Origin: an uncultured Methanoregulaceae archaeon
GTDB taxonomy: Archaea; Halobacteriota; Methanomicrobia; Methanomicrobiales; Methanospirillaceae
Direction: 5' to 3'
NCBI GenBank assembly: GCA_963841015.1
Contig: CAWJAX010000005.1
Span: 160,001-224,000, forward strand
DNA: 64,000 nucleotides
In this document: positions 42,494 through 54,400 of the stretch, piece after piece
Layout of the letters: each line of letters opens with the position of its first letter
Position numbering within the stretch: the stretch's first letter is position 1
Notes under the pieces: generated by a model
Told to the model about the DNA's origin: nothing
The model's database searches: none
The model's input: only the letters and a program-made list of their open reading frames with translations
Translations under genes and position numbers: made by a program

Positions 42494-43486
42494 TTATGTA
42501 ATTTCGATATCCCTCAACCAGGCTCCAGGTTCCTCGGTAATTTCACCGACGATTTTTGCACCTTTGACAGCATTCTGTATACCGGCGACACTATCATTTG
42601 GTACTATGTAGGCGTATCCCATTCCCATGTTGAATGTACGGTACATTTCAACCGTTGAAATATCACCGGTTTTCTGGATCCATGAAAAGATTTCCGGAGG
42701 TATAATCGGTGTATTGACCACAAAACCAAACGGACAGAGCCGCTTGAAATTAAGCAGCCCTCCACCGGTGATGTGGCACATACCATGCACAGTGCAGGTT
42801 GAGGCAACCTGCAGACTTTCATGGTAGATTCGTGTGGGTGTGAGAAGTTCCTCACCAAGTGTCCGGCCATTCTTCAGTCTTTCATCGTAATTTGTGTATT
42901 TTTCCACAACCGCTCTGGCAAGCGACAGGCCGTTGCTGTGGACCCCGGATGAGGGTACTCCGATGATTTTGTCACCCGGCTGTATTGCACTGCCAGTGAT
43001 GATTTTATCCTTTTTTTGCATCCCCAGACAGGTACCTGCAAGGTCAAGACCATTGACAAGCCCACGCAGAGATGCCGTCTCACCGCCGACAATATCGATA
43101 TTTGCCTGTCGGGCGCCTTCGTTTAACCCGATTCCTATCTGCGCCATCTTCTCAACTGAAAGCTTATCGGTTGCGATGTAGTCTACAAAAGCAACAGGTT
43201 CCATATTCATGACATAAAGGTCATTGACGTTCATTGCAATGCAGTCTATTCCAACGGTGCTCCAGTCCTGCATATGATCGGCAACCAGCATCTTTGTACC
43301 GACACCATCCGTGGTCAGTGCAAGTGCCAGCTCACCGAAATCAATGAGTCCGGCAAAATGCCCTACCTTGCCAACCATCGTACAGCTGCCTTTCCGTTTG
43401 TAGGTGAGGTTTTTAATAAGGGCATTGATTGCCGTTGCCTCGAGATCAATATCAACTCCGGCCTCACGGTACGAGATACTACTCAT
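42494..43486 (-). CDS. purM: Phosphoribosylformylglycinamidine cyclo-ligase
   Basis: YREAGVD, DGVGTK, GGETA, SSGVHSNG, HITGGG, FNMGMG. Confidence 0.96.
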   Translation of the reverse strand: MSSISYREAGVDIDLEATAINALIKNLTYKRKGSCTMVGKVGHFAGLIDFGELALALTTDGVGTKMLVADHMQDWSTVGIDCIAMNVNDLYVMNMEPVAFVDYIATDKLSVEKMAQIGIGLNEGARQANIDIVGGETASLRGLVNGLDLAGTCLGMQKKDKIITGSAIQPGDKIIGVPSSGVHSNGLSLARAVVEKYTNYDERLKNGRTLGEELLTPTRIYHESLQVASTCTVHGMCHITGGGLLNFKRLCPFGFVVNTPIIPPEIFSWIQKTGDISTVEMYRTFNMGMGYAYIVPNDSVAGIQNAVKGAKIVGEITEEPGAWLRDIEIT

Positions 43487-44879
43487 CAGACTCCTCCGAT
43501 AACCTGAACTCATCGTGAAGAACGCGTACCGCCCTGGGGCCGTCCTGCTGATTCACCACAAATGAGATGTTCGCTTCAGAGGACCCCTGCGAGATCATCA
43601 TGACATTCACACCTGTTTTTCCCAGAGCTGTGAAGATCCTTCCCCCGGTGCCTGGTGCTCCAGCCATACCGGCACCGACAACAGCAACTGCGCATACATC
43701 AGGGTTGTGCGTAACTTCACGCACGATCCCCTGCTTCACCAGATCGGCAAGAGCATGAACTGCGGCATTGAGGTGCGCTTCATCAACAATAAGCGATATG
43801 TTCGCTTCAGAGGATCCCTGCGAGATCATCATGACGTTCACTTCATGATCCGCAAGGATGGTGAAAATTGCCTTTGCTACCCCCGGCCTCCCGATCATCT
43901 GCGCACCATTGATATTTATCGCAGCTACTTTATCGATATAGGTCAGGGCTTTTACCACGCGGTTGTCCCGTTGCCCGTTCCGAATAATCACGGTGCCGGG
44001 ATGAGATGTATTGAAGGTGTTTTTTACCCGGACAAGGATATTCTTCCGCATTGCGGGTTCAATGGAACGCGGGTGCATCACTTTCGCACCGAAGTAGGAG
44101 AGCTCCATCACCTCGATATAGGACAGGGATGGCATAACCCGTGCATCATTGATCACCCTTGGATCGCAGGTCATGATACCATCCACATCCGTCCAGATCC
44201 AAATCTCGTCAGCATCGATACCTGCACCGATGATCGATGCAGAGTAATCAGAGCCGCTCCTGCCAAGGGTAGTCACTATCCCGTTTCTGGTGCAGCCCAT
44301 GAATCCCATGATCACGGGAATTTCCGTTTCCAGCAGAGGACCTATCCGTTTTTTAATCCGTTCATCGCTTTCCAGAAGTGCGGTGGATTCACCATGTTGA
44401 AGGGATGTGAGGATGCCGGCATCGCATCCATCCAGTACCGTTGAGCGGATGCCACGCTGACGGAGAGCTGCCCCAAGGATCGGGGCAAGCAACCGCTCCC
44501 CGAATGAGATGACATAATCCCTTGAGCGGGGAGTGAGTTCCCGCAGATTATAAACCGCAAAGAGAATATTCTGGAGACTGATGAGCCGTTCCTCGATGAC
44601 AGAGCCGGTTTCAGCAAGATAGTCAGGTGCAGCTCCTTCGAGTGTGGACATGTGCCTTTTTCCCAGTGCCTGAATGAGTGGTGCTATTGCAGTATCATCC
44701 TTCGCTGTCGGGAGTTTGCTGGTAATTTCGATCAGCTGGTCGGTCACACCGCGCTGTGCGGATACAACAACTGCCAGTTCGTCTCCGGCGTTGTGATGTT
44801 TTTCCAAAATATCCACGACGCGTCTGATACATTGTCCATCGGCAACTGAAGTCCCACCGAATTTCATTAATAATCTCAT
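43479..44879 (-). CDS. lysC: Aspartate kinase with two ACT domains
   Basis: MKFGGTSV, LGRSGSDYSA, WTDVDG, GAKVMHP. Confidence 0.95.
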   Translation of the reverse strand: MRLLMKFGGTSVADGQCIRRVVDILEKHHNAGDELAVVVSAQRGVTDQLIEITSKLPTAKDDTAIAPLIQALGKRHMSTLEGAAPDYLAETGSVIEERLISLQNILFAVYNLRELTPRSRDYVISFGERLLAPILGAALRQRGIRSTVLDGCDAGILTSLQHGESTALLESDERIKKRIGPLLETEIPVIMGFMGCTRNGIVTTLGRSGSDYSASIIGAGIDADEIWIWTDVDGIMTCDPRVINDARVMPSLSYIEVMELSYFGAKVMHPRSIEPAMRKNILVRVKNTFNTSHPGTVIIRNGQRDNRVVKALTYIDKVAAININGAQMIGRPGVAKAIFTILADHEVNVMMISQGSSEANISLIVDEAHLNAAVHALADLVKQGIVREVTHNPDVCAVAVVGAGMAGAPGTGGRIFTALGKTGVNVMMISQGSSEANISFVVNQQDGPRAVRVLHDEFRLSEESDE

Positions 44880-44939
44880 TTCGCTCTCACTTTGGCTATG
44901 CCATTTATTATGTAACTATACGATCCACAAAATAATAAG

Positions 44940-46569
44940 ATGCTTGCAGGGGAGGTTATTGATTGCCATGTCCTGGTGATCGGGAGCGGGGGCGCGGGTG
45001 TTAGAGCCGCCATTGAGGCATCAAAATATGGCGACACGGTGCTCATTTCAAAGACCATCGTCGGTAAAGGAGGCTGTACCACGATGGCGGAAGGAGGCTA
45101 TAATGCAGTCCTCCGCGAGCAGGATTCCTGCGGGATTCATTTTGAGGATACCCTCAAAGGAGGTGCGTACCTCAACAATCCCGAGCTGGTACATATTCTC
45201 GTAAAGGAAGCTCCGTTGCGGATGGGCGATCTCATAAAGTGGGGAGCGGTGTTTGATTTCACCGATACTGATGAAATCGCCCAGCGACCCTTCGGAGGTC
45301 AGCGGTTCCCGCGAACCTGTTATGCCGGTGACAGGACCGGCCATGAGATGATGACCACATTAGTCGAGCGGCTGGATTCATCGAATGTTACCCTTCTGCA
45401 GGAGTTCACGGTTATCGACCTGCTTAAAACCGGGGAAGCGGTCATCGGTGCAATGGCACTGGACGAAAAAGGCAATCTCGTCTTACTGAAGGCGGACAGT
45501 ACAATCCTTGCAACCGGTGGCGGGACAAAAGTATATGATATCTCAACAAATTCATGGGGAGGTACCGGGGACGGTTTTGCCATTGGATACCGGGCCGGTG
45601 CCGAACTGATCGATATGGAGATGGTCCAGTTTCACCCGACCGGGGCGGTGTTCCCCTACGATGCACGGGGGAGGCTCGTGACCGAAGCAGTACGTGGTGA
45701 AGGAGGTCTCCTGCTCAATAACCTCGGTGAGCGGTTCATGAAACAGTACGATCCCGAACGGATGGAGCTGTCAACCCGGGATGTTGTAGCACGTGCGATC
45801 GCGACGGAAATAAATGAAGGGCGAGGGACAAAAAATGGCGGAGTATATCTTGATGTTACCCATCTTCCCCGCGAGCAGATAGAGACCCGGCTCCCGGTCA
45901 TGCTCGAACAATTCCTGAAATTCGGCGTTGATATCAGGGAAAAACCTATGGAGATCGCTCCCACAGCTCACCATATGATGGGCGGTCTTCGGATAACACC
46001 GGAATGCCGGACAACACTTCCCGGATTATTTGCCTGCGGTGAAGTCGCCGGGGGGGTCCACGGGGCAAACCGTCTTGGAGGAAATGCCCTGGCTGATACT
46101 CAGGTATTCGGGAAACGGGCGGGGGAATTTGCAGGTAAAACCGAAAAACGCATAATAAAAGTGAGTGAAGAACAGGTAAGACAGCAGCAGGATCTTCTTG
46201 ATGCATTCCTTGCAGGGAGTGATAATCCGGCAAGGATTCGAACGCAGCTCCAGCAGGTAATGTGGCAGGGCGCGGGGATCTTCCGGAACGCAACAGATCT
46301 CAATAAGACACTGGAGACGGTCAACAACCTCTCTCATGCGAAAATCCGGGCTGAATCTCTCAGAAACCTTGCAGATTGCAGCATCGTCCAGAATATGTGC
46401 CTGACAGACTTCTCTTATCTGCCAGGGGGCGCTCATCAGGAAAGAGTCACGGGGGGCACATGTCCGGAGCGATGTTAATCAGTCCCATGATGCCCGACAC
46501 TCTCCCTTTGGTCATACATACATCTCGCAATTTCACGAAGGTATCGAACAGAACGGGGTGGGGATATGA
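44940..46569 (+). CDS. tfrA: Thiol:fumarate reductase flavoprotein subunit; +1 frameshift near 46409
   Basis: GSGGAG, QFHPT, TEAVRGEG, HHMMGG, HGANRLGGNAL. Removing one A restores ...RKESRGAH...* ending at 46569 and overlapping the tfrB ATG. Confidence 0.9.
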
Positions 46570-48035
46570 AGACACTTACCGTAAGAGTAAGCCGTTTTGA
46601 CCCTGATAAGGACAAGGAGTCACATTTCGAGACCTATACGGTGAATGTCAATGAGGGTGCACGTATACTTCATGTTCTCCATGCCATACACGATGTGTTG
46701 GATTCAACACTCTCTTACCGGCATAGTTGTGGGTCGGGACAATGCGGGAGCTGTGCAGTACGTGTTAATGGTGAGCCGGTACTTGCCTGCATGGAAGAGG
46801 CTCAAAATAATATCACCATCGAGCCCCTGAACCTTTCGGTGAAAAAGGATCTCGTTGTTGATCTCCTGCCAACACTTGAAACGATAGCGTCCCTGAAACC
46901 GTCAGATGCACTGAAAATGCCGACTCAGTCCGATATTAATACGATAAAACCTCTTCGGGATTGTATCGAGTGCCTCTGCTGTGTATCGGTCTGCCCGGCA
47001 ATGGATGTTACGAAGTTTCTTGGACCCACGGCCATGCGGCAGGAAATGCGGCTGGCGCTCGATCCTCGTGACAGCGGGGATCGGGTGACTGATGCTGTGA
47101 AGGAGGGGCTGTTTACCTGCACCAGCTGCCAGGCCTGCTGGAAGGCATGCCCAAAAGAGATTGAGATTCCATCAAAAGCAATCGAAAAACTACGGGCGCT
47201 GGCAAACAGGCGTGGATTTACCCTGCCACGGCACCAGGAAGTTGCAGCTCTTGTGAAAGAGACAGGCCGTTCTGTTACACGGATCGAACCGACATTTATG
47301 GAACTCGTAAATGCGGAAGTGATCGAGCCGAAAGGTCCTGTGAAAGCAACGGTCGGTTTCTTTGTCGGTTGTATGTACAACATGCGCCTGCCCAAAGCAG
47401 CACTGGATGCAATCGAAGTTTTGAAACGAAACGGTATCCGGGTCATCATTCCCAAAGAACAGGTCTGCTGCGGTTCGCCGCTCATCCGTACTGGCCAGCT
47501 GGCCTTCCTGGATACCCTCAAGAAACGCAACATCGATGCGTTCCGGTTCCGTAACATACATACAGTCATGACCATGTGCGCCGGTTGCGGGTCCACTCTG
47601 AAAAATGATTACAAAACACCCTTTGTCGTGATGGATATCAATGAAGTGCTCACAAAATACGGGATTGAACCTCCGGCACGCCTTCCTGTCAAGGCCACCT
47701 ATCACGATCCCTGTCACCTCCTTCGCGGGCAGGGTATTCGCGAACAACCCCGTCAGCTGATCCGGCAGGTGGTGGATCTTATCGATATGCCTTCCATCTG
47801 TTGTGGTTCCGGAGGGGGGGTGAAATCCGGAATGCCGGATGAAGCGGCAGCGCTGGGTAAACGAAGGGGGGAGGAGATAAAAAAGAGCGGGGCTGATGTG
47901 GTGATATCATCCTGCCCGTTTTGTGAATTCCATATCTCCGGGCATACGGACAAACCCGTCAAAAATATCGCCACGGTGCTGCTCGAAGGGTATAAAGAAA
48001 AAGACCGGAAAAAGGGTATTCTGACAATACCCTGA
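46566..48035 (+). CDS. tfrB: Thiol:fumarate reductase Fe-S/CCG subunit
   Basis: 2Fe-2S CGSGQCGSC, two 4Fe-4S motifs, two CCG domains. Confidence 0.92.
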   Translation: MKTLTVRVSRFDPDKDKESHFETYTVNVNEGARILHVLHAIHDVLDSTLSYRHSCGSGQCGSCAVRVNGEPVLACMEEAQNNITIEPLNLSVKKDLVVDLLPTLETIASLKPSDALKMPTQSDINTIKPLRDCIECLCCVSVCPAMDVTKFLGPTAMRQEMRLALDPRDSGDRVTDAVKEGLFTCTSCQACWKACPKEIEIPSKAIEKLRALANRRGFTLPRHQEVAALVKETGRSVTRIEPTFMELVNAEVIEPKGPVKATVGFFVGCMYNMRLPKAALDAIEVLKRNGIRVIIPKEQVCCGSPLIRTGQLAFLDTLKKRNIDAFRFRNIHTVMTMCAGCGSTLKNDYKTPFVVMDINEVLTKYGIEPPARLPVKATYHDPCHLLRGQGIREQPRQLIRQVVDLIDMPSICCGSGGGVKSGMPDEAAALGKRRGEEIKKSGADVVISSCPFCEFHISGHTDKPVKNIATVLLEGYKEKDRKKGILTIP

Positions 48036-48119
48036 GAGAATCGAAAGGGCAACGAAGACTTTTTTCAATGCTTTTTTCCTTTTTTAAAAATGAAAAGCAC
48101 GAAATGATAAAGTTTTTTT

Positions 48120-49280
48120 TCACCTGGATGCAGACTTCAGCAAATACTCATGGGCTTCAAGCGCGGCCTTTGCCCCTTCTCCGGAAGCAATGATGATCTG
48201 CTTGCCTTTTATTGAAGTGACGTCCCCGGCTGCAAAAACACCTGCCATGCTTGTGTGGCAGTTTATGTCCACAATGATTTCCTTCTTCTCGTTCAGCGCG
48301 ACAAAGCCATCAAGAATGTCAGTATTGGGCAGCCAGCCGATCTCAATAAAAACCCCGTCGAGATCAATTTTCTGTTCTTCACCGGATTCATTCCTGATAG
48401 TTATTGCAGAGAGGAACTTATCTCCGTGAAGGGCAATTACCTGTGTGTTTAAATGAACGGCAATATTCTTTTTTGATTCGAGCATGCTGATATATACCGG
48501 ATCAGCCCTGATACTGCTCCTGACGATGAGATGTGCCGATTGTGCAATTTCGCTCATCTCAACAGCAGTCTGCAGCGCGGAATTGCCGCCACCTACTACA
48601 GCCACCCGCTTTCCCTGATATAACGGCCCATCGCAGGTGGAACAGATGGAAAGACCCCGTCCGAGATACTGCTCTTCGTTTGCCACGCCAAGTTTTTTCG
48701 GACGATTACCCTGGGCTAAGATCAGGGTTTTTGCTTTTAACGTATTTTCTGAAATTGTCCGTAGAGTAAAAACGTCGTCTTCTTTTGAGATACTGACAAT
48801 CCGGTCGAGTTCAAGCCGCATATTCAGGGTACGGACCTGCTCTTCGAATTTTTTCATCAGCTCTTCGCCGCTAATCATACGGTAACCCATGTAATTTTCG
48901 ATTGTCCATGATGCCAGTGCCTGACCACCAATGTTTTCGCTGATAATTATCGTATTCAGCATTTTTCTGGCGCAGTATACACCTGCTGTTAATCCTGCAG
49001 GGCCGGCACCAACGATGAGAACATCATACACTTCACCGGATACGGTTTTTCCAAAGAGGTCGTTCAGCCTCTGCGAATCAAACCCGATGATTACTTCATC
49101 ATCAACCAGAATAACCGGAACGCCACGTTGTCCCGAAAGATCTATCATTTTTTTTGCTGCATCGGAATTTTCACCGACATCGATACTCTCATAAGGAACG
49201 CCATGTTTGTCGAGGAATACCTTTGCCATCCTGCAATAGGGACAGTTTTTTGTAGAATAGACGGTGACTTTTCTCATCAT
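48120..49280 (-). CDS. Glutaredoxin(NrdH-like)-thioredoxin reductase fusion
   Basis: N-terminal CPYC...GVPV, then GAGPAG, CSTCDG, GGGNSA, FAAGD. Confidence 0.9.
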   Translation of the reverse strand: MMRKVTVYSTKNCPYCRMAKVFLDKHGVPYESIDVGENSDAAKKMIDLSGQRGVPVILVDDEVIIGFDSQRLNDLFGKTVSGEVYDVLIVGAGPAGLTAGVYCARKMLNTIIISENIGGQALASWTIENYMGYRMISGEELMKKFEEQVRTLNMRLELDRIVSISKEDDVFTLRTISENTLKAKTLILAQGNRPKKLGVANEEQYLGRGLSICSTCDGPLYQGKRVAVVGGGNSALQTAVEMSEIAQSAHLIVRSSIRADPVYISMLESKKNIAVHLNTQVIALHGDKFLSAITIRNESGEEQKIDLDGVFIEIGWLPNTDILDGFVALNEKKEIIVDINCHTSMAGVFAAGDVTSIKGKQIIIASGEGAKAALEAHEYLLKSASR

Positions 49281-49392
49281 TTCGAAGATGGTGCGTTCTC
49301 TTATAAATATATTGATAAGCGAAAAAGAAATTTTTCAATAGCATAGCAACTTTCTTTTTGGACAAGCCCCAATACACCATTGAAAGGATACC

Positions 49393-50727
49393 ATGAGCGT
49401 ACTGCCGGGAACAGGGAGACTGAAAAAATACACTCTTTTTTGTCTTATTCTTCTCTGCATCATAAGCGGGGCATATGCCTACACAGACAACTCTTACCCA
49501 GTTTCCGATCCGGGATTGTATTTCAACTTCAATGAGGGTAGCGGGGATTATGCACTCGATGTATCCGGTAATGGCAACGCGGGAACCATGCATGGGATAT
49601 CAAGGCTTGAAAACGGGGGTTGCGGGCGGGCTGTATTTTTTAACGGAATTAACGATTACGTTGAAATACCTTTCAGCTCCAAGAATCACCCCGCAAAGGA
49701 AATAACTGTTTCATTGTTGTTTTACACGGACTCGTTCGAACCACAGGTTTTAATCTCGTCGTACGAGGACGGGGGATACAGGTTGGGATTTGATGATGGC
49801 AACGATCTCTGGTGGACTATAAATCTCGAACGCCGCGGGGAAGTGTCAATTCCGGTTCAGCATGAAGGTATCTCGCTTCACCAGTGGCATCAGGTTACCG
49901 GAACGTATGACGGGGAGACTTTGAAAGTGTATCTCGATGGTGTGCTCAGAAACCAGTTGAATGCACCGGGTTCGATCCACTATGAATACAACAATTATAT
50001 CATGCTCGGGGCCGATGCAGGGGTCTACAACCTGACAGATCTGAATTGCCCGCAGTATTTCCGGGGGGGACTCGATGAAGTAAGGATATATCCCGTTGCG
50101 TTAACCTATGGCCAGGTAATGGATGACAGGTTCAGTTGTTCCCAGGAACCGTTCGCTCCTTCCAGGGATTTTGTAGTTCAGATGCAACCTTCTTCTTCCT
50201 GTTCAGTTGCATCAGGTTCTGTCCTATTAGGTCAAAATGAAGTAACTTCCCGGACCCTTTCTTTCTCAAACCAGACTGAGAACGGCACATGGAATGTTGC
50301 GCTGCCACCAGGTTCAACACTTGTTGTGAGGGGAGAAGATTTCTACTCGGTTTCGTACCCTGACGCATGGTATATTGAATTGTCTGATGAAAACGGGAGA
50401 ATAACACGATCCATAGAATTCCCAAACACCAACAATGCCCCAATAAAAGGTGTTGTACCATCAGGGAACGCAACAGTGCGCATAAAATATTTCGACGGGA
50501 AAGAAAGGTTTCCCGCGAAGGTTGCCATCCGGTTTGAGAGTATAGCACCCCCGCCCCTGTCACCAGCCCCGCAGACCATCCTGAATTATCCTATAATTGT
50601 TATATACACTGCATCCTGGGCGACTCTGATTGCAATCATCCTTGTCATGGTGTGGCTGCACCGTCGCAAACAAAGAGGGGGTAAAGAGAAAGATAATGAA
50701 AACAGAAACGGTGGGGAAAAATTATAG
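49393..50727 (+). CDS. Secreted, membrane-anchored LamG (ConA-like) domain protein
   Basis: Signal peptide; FNEGSG..A.D.SGNG, WHQVTGTYDG..LKVYLDG, F.G.LDEVRIY; C-terminal TM plus basic tail. Confidence 0.88.
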   Translation: MSVLPGTGRLKKYTLFCLILLCIISGAYAYTDNSYPVSDPGLYFNFNEGSGDYALDVSGNGNAGTMHGISRLENGGCGRAVFFNGINDYVEIPFSSKNHPAKEITVSLLFYTDSFEPQVLISSYEDGGYRLGFDDGNDLWWTINLERRGEVSIPVQHEGISLHQWHQVTGTYDGETLKVYLDGVLRNQLNAPGSIHYEYNNYIMLGADAGVYNLTDLNCPQYFRGGLDEVRIYPVALTYGQVMDDRFSCSQEPFAPSRDFVVQMQPSSSCSVASGSVLLGQNEVTSRTLSFSNQTENGTWNVALPPGSTLVVRGEDFYSVSYPDAWYIELSDENGRITRSIEFPNTNNAPIKGVVPSGNATVRIKYFDGKERFPAKVAIRFESIAPPPLSPAPQTILNYPIIVIYTASWATLIAIILVMVWLHRRKQRGGKEKDNENRNGGEKL

Positions 50728-51243
50728 AGTTATTTCCCTGAACTGTTTCCCGAAAACACCGCATATCGGGCACTTATCGGGGACTTTCCCGATCTCGATA
50801 TTCCCGCAGACAGGACAGAGGAAAATTTTTTCCCGCCCGATATCTTTTCCGGATTTTACCGCATCGAGCGCTTTCTTGTAGAGGGTTGCATGAACCTGTT
50901 CAGCTTTCATGGCATGGGTGAAAGCAAGTACTGCATCGCTTTTACCTTCCGCCTCTGCCAGTCTGACAAATTCCGGGTACATTTGGGTGAACTCGTGTGT
51001 CTCACCCGTGATGCTGGTTTCAAGGTTTTTCTGCGTGGATTCGATAGCCGCCAGAACCTTTAAGAGTTTTTTTGCATGGATTGCCTCGGCTTCAGAGGCT
51101 GCCTTGTAGAGAGTTGCAACGTTGTTGAACCCTTCTGCAGCAGCTTTTTCAGAAAACGCCAGATATTTCCGGTTTGCCTGGGATTCTCCGGCAAACGCTT
51201 CTTTTACATTCTCAATGGTTGCCATACAGGAATGGTATTGCAT
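50722..51243 (-). CDS. rbr: Rubrerythrin
   Basis: AFAGESQA, EAIHA, EQVH, CPVCG...CPICG. Confidence 0.94.
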   Translation of the reverse strand: MQYHSCMATIENVKEAFAGESQANRKYLAFSEKAAAEGFNNVATLYKAASEAEAIHAKKLLKVLAAIESTQKNLETSITGETHEFTQMYPEFVRLAEAEGKSDAVLAFTHAMKAEQVHATLYKKALDAVKSGKDIGREKIFLCPVCGNIEIGKVPDKCPICGVFGKQFREITL

Positions 51244-51424
51244 AGTTTTTACTTAAAGATTCTTCATGGGGCAGAAATATACCATTTAATATTTAAATTG
51301 ACAGGAATACGTATTTTGTCTTGTTAAAATTCAAAATTTTCGTATTCAAACAAGAAATTAAGATTTTTTTAATTAGAAAAGTTTATATATTTTTATTAAT
51401 AATATTTTTGACTGGTATCTGAAT

Positions 51425-54400
51425 ATGAGAGTAAAACCTGGCATTTTACTAATCATTGGTTTGCTGTTCCTGGCGGGAACCGTTACGGCAGTCGGGATTC
51501 CGGATACCCTGACTGTTACTACGGACAAAGCCTGGATCATAGCCAATAATGTGGATCAATCCACTATCATCGTAAAAGTAACGAATACAACCTCGGATCC
51601 TGGTCCTGTACCAGGGATAATCGTAAACCTTGAAGTTGATCCGTTATATGGAAACATCAGTCCCATACAAGTCACCACAAATATATCGGGAATGGCTTCA
51701 AGCACCTTCAAAGTGAGCACCAAGAGTGGTGCAGCACAAATAAATGCATCCATACCCGCGGGGGTTTCTGGTTCCACAATGCAGAATATTGATCATAACA
51801 GTGCCTATTTTGCAGATTTTACGCATCCGATCAATGGAACCGTTGCATCCGAAGTTCCATTTAATGTATCACTTACTGACCAATACCGGAATCCTGTGGA
51901 TAATCGAAGAGGCAACCATATAATAAAACTCCACGTTCATGGTCCTTTCCCGGATGACTGCGGTTTTGCTGAAGCCGGCTATGCACATGATATTTCCCCC
52001 ACGCTTGATGCAAACGGGAACACCACAGTAAATATCAAATTAACCTCTAAAATAGGTGACAACAACGTTGCGATGGACGCATATGAGAGTATCCCGAACC
52101 AACTCGAATGGATCTCTGCCGAGGCAATTGGCAAACCGTTTTCGATGACGCAGGTTATTTCACCTTCGGGATCTCCCCCGACGCTTCCCGCAGACGGGGT
52201 CAGTTATTTCACGATAATTTATAATTTGTTTGATGAATTCGGGAATCCAACGAACAAACAATTTATCTGGGTCAATACCTCCATCCCGGGGGAGGAACAA
52301 CAGTTCCTGTCAAACAATGTGGGTCAGGTAACGGTACAATATGGTCCGAGGTCTTCAATAGGTGAAATTGACATCATTGCAACATCAGTTGCAAATTCGA
52401 CACTTACCTTGACGCAAAGAGTAAAATTCAAGCACACGGGTGCGGAGATCATATCCCTTACCGCAAATCCTGATACTATGCCAAGTCAGGATGCCAATCC
52501 ACTATTTACATCAAATATTATCGCAACGGTTGCGGATATTTCGGGAAATGCAGTTCCCGGGGAAACGGTAGACTTTATTATAGAAAATATAACCTACGAT
52601 GCATCATATAACGTGACGGCAGATCCCAGTCTTTTAAGTTCAAGCGCTATCACCGACGTATATGGACGGGCCTTGGTCCAATTCAGACCCGGGAACTTTA
52701 CAGCAGTTGGCAACCCCGGTTACAATGCAACGGCAACCGGGCATTGTATGATGAATGCAACGTGGAAAAATTCAACAAAAAAAGTTCCCGTCACCTGGAA
52801 GAATTATCCTTATCTGAGTCTGTCAACATCGGTAAATCCCCATACTGTTGAGATAAACAAAACTATTGATGTTACCATTGAGTTCAGAGGTGACGGGTTC
52901 GCATTGCAGCCCACACCCATCGATGTGGTCATGGTCATAGACAAATCGGGCAGTATGGAGAACTATAATATAGGCGGCATTACCCGGATGCAGGCAGCGA
53001 AAAATGCAGCAAGTACGTTTGTCAACAAAATGAATGAAGGGACTGACCGTATCGGTGTTGTAACCTTTGATCGAGAAGACACAGTTATCACTGACGCTCC
53101 TTTGGGCGCCCCCTTCTTAACTATTACGAACACGATCAACGCGATTGATCCTAATAATGGAGGGACTGCAATGCGCCAGGGCTTCAAACAGGGTATCGAT
53201 CATATTAAGGCGAACGGCAGGCCGTCAGCAGTCCGGGCAGTTATTCTCATGACTGACGGGAACTGGAATTTAGGGGGAAGTCCCCTTGCTGTAGGAAGGG
53301 GCTATGATCTCAACACATGGGTCAGAGATAACCGGGATCGTGGCGTAGCCACCAAATATTATGGATTCTCCGGTTTGGCAACAGATTTTGAGGATCAGGA
53401 CTACCGCTGGTATTCTGGACTTGGGGGTAATCTATCTTCCAGTAGTGACACGGTCGTGAGGACACCTCGCAAGATTGATCCAGCAACAGGATTCGACGTG
53501 GCTTCTCGAACGACTGAATCGAGAAGCGGGGGATCCTACTATATTAATGGCCAGTTTACTCAGCAGAACATGTCGATCTACGCAAAGGACAATAATATAC
53601 GGTTGTACACCTTGTCGTTTGCCATGAACATCCCCGCAGACGAGCGTAATGCTCTTATTACTCTTGCAAATTCAACCGGGGGATTCTACCGGCATGCTCC
53701 CACCCAGGCCGATTTAGAAGCATTCTATACAGAAATCGCCGGAGACCTGAAAGATACCGCTGGTGTAAACGCCACCATGACGGCAGATTTCGATAAGATT
53801 AATGTCACGGGTTTTGAAATGGATGGAGACCAGGTATACGACTATGTATACCATCCAACGGAATCGACAAAGATCCGATGGCAGGATGGGATAACAAATG
53901 TGTCTGATCAATCCGCCGATTGGCTTGCAGATAGTAAACTGGACTTCAACATCGGAACAATAAAAGTAGGTCAATACTGGAATGCGACATTCCGGCTGAA
54001 GGTCAAACAGGGTGGCTTGATTGATGTATTCGGCAATCATTCAACGGTATCTTTCAATGGGGGGGCAGAGAACCTGTATCTTCCTCAAACATTCATCACA
54101 GTAATACCCAACCTTTCGGTCACGAATATTACCATGAAAACAATAACTCTCGACAATCTGATGTGTACCGAGACCGGGGAGATCAAGGCACTCTTTCCGG
54201 TACAATGGAACACAAACTATACAGGAAACAAGACCCTCACGGAAAAGGTCTATTACCGTATTGATAATAAGGGACCCTGGGTTCAATTCGACATAAAAAC
54301 ACACCCCTATGATCCACTTACCATGGAATATGTGAATTATGCACAACTCGATGTGACAAAACTCCCATGGGGAAACTACACGATTCAGGTACGTGCAACT

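Noticed and set aside
13822-46600. Programmed frameshifting or pseudogenisation of pgk, helicase and tfrA
   Set aside because: There are no shared slippery motifs and no further decay, and the genes are core. Assembly error is the simpler explanation.
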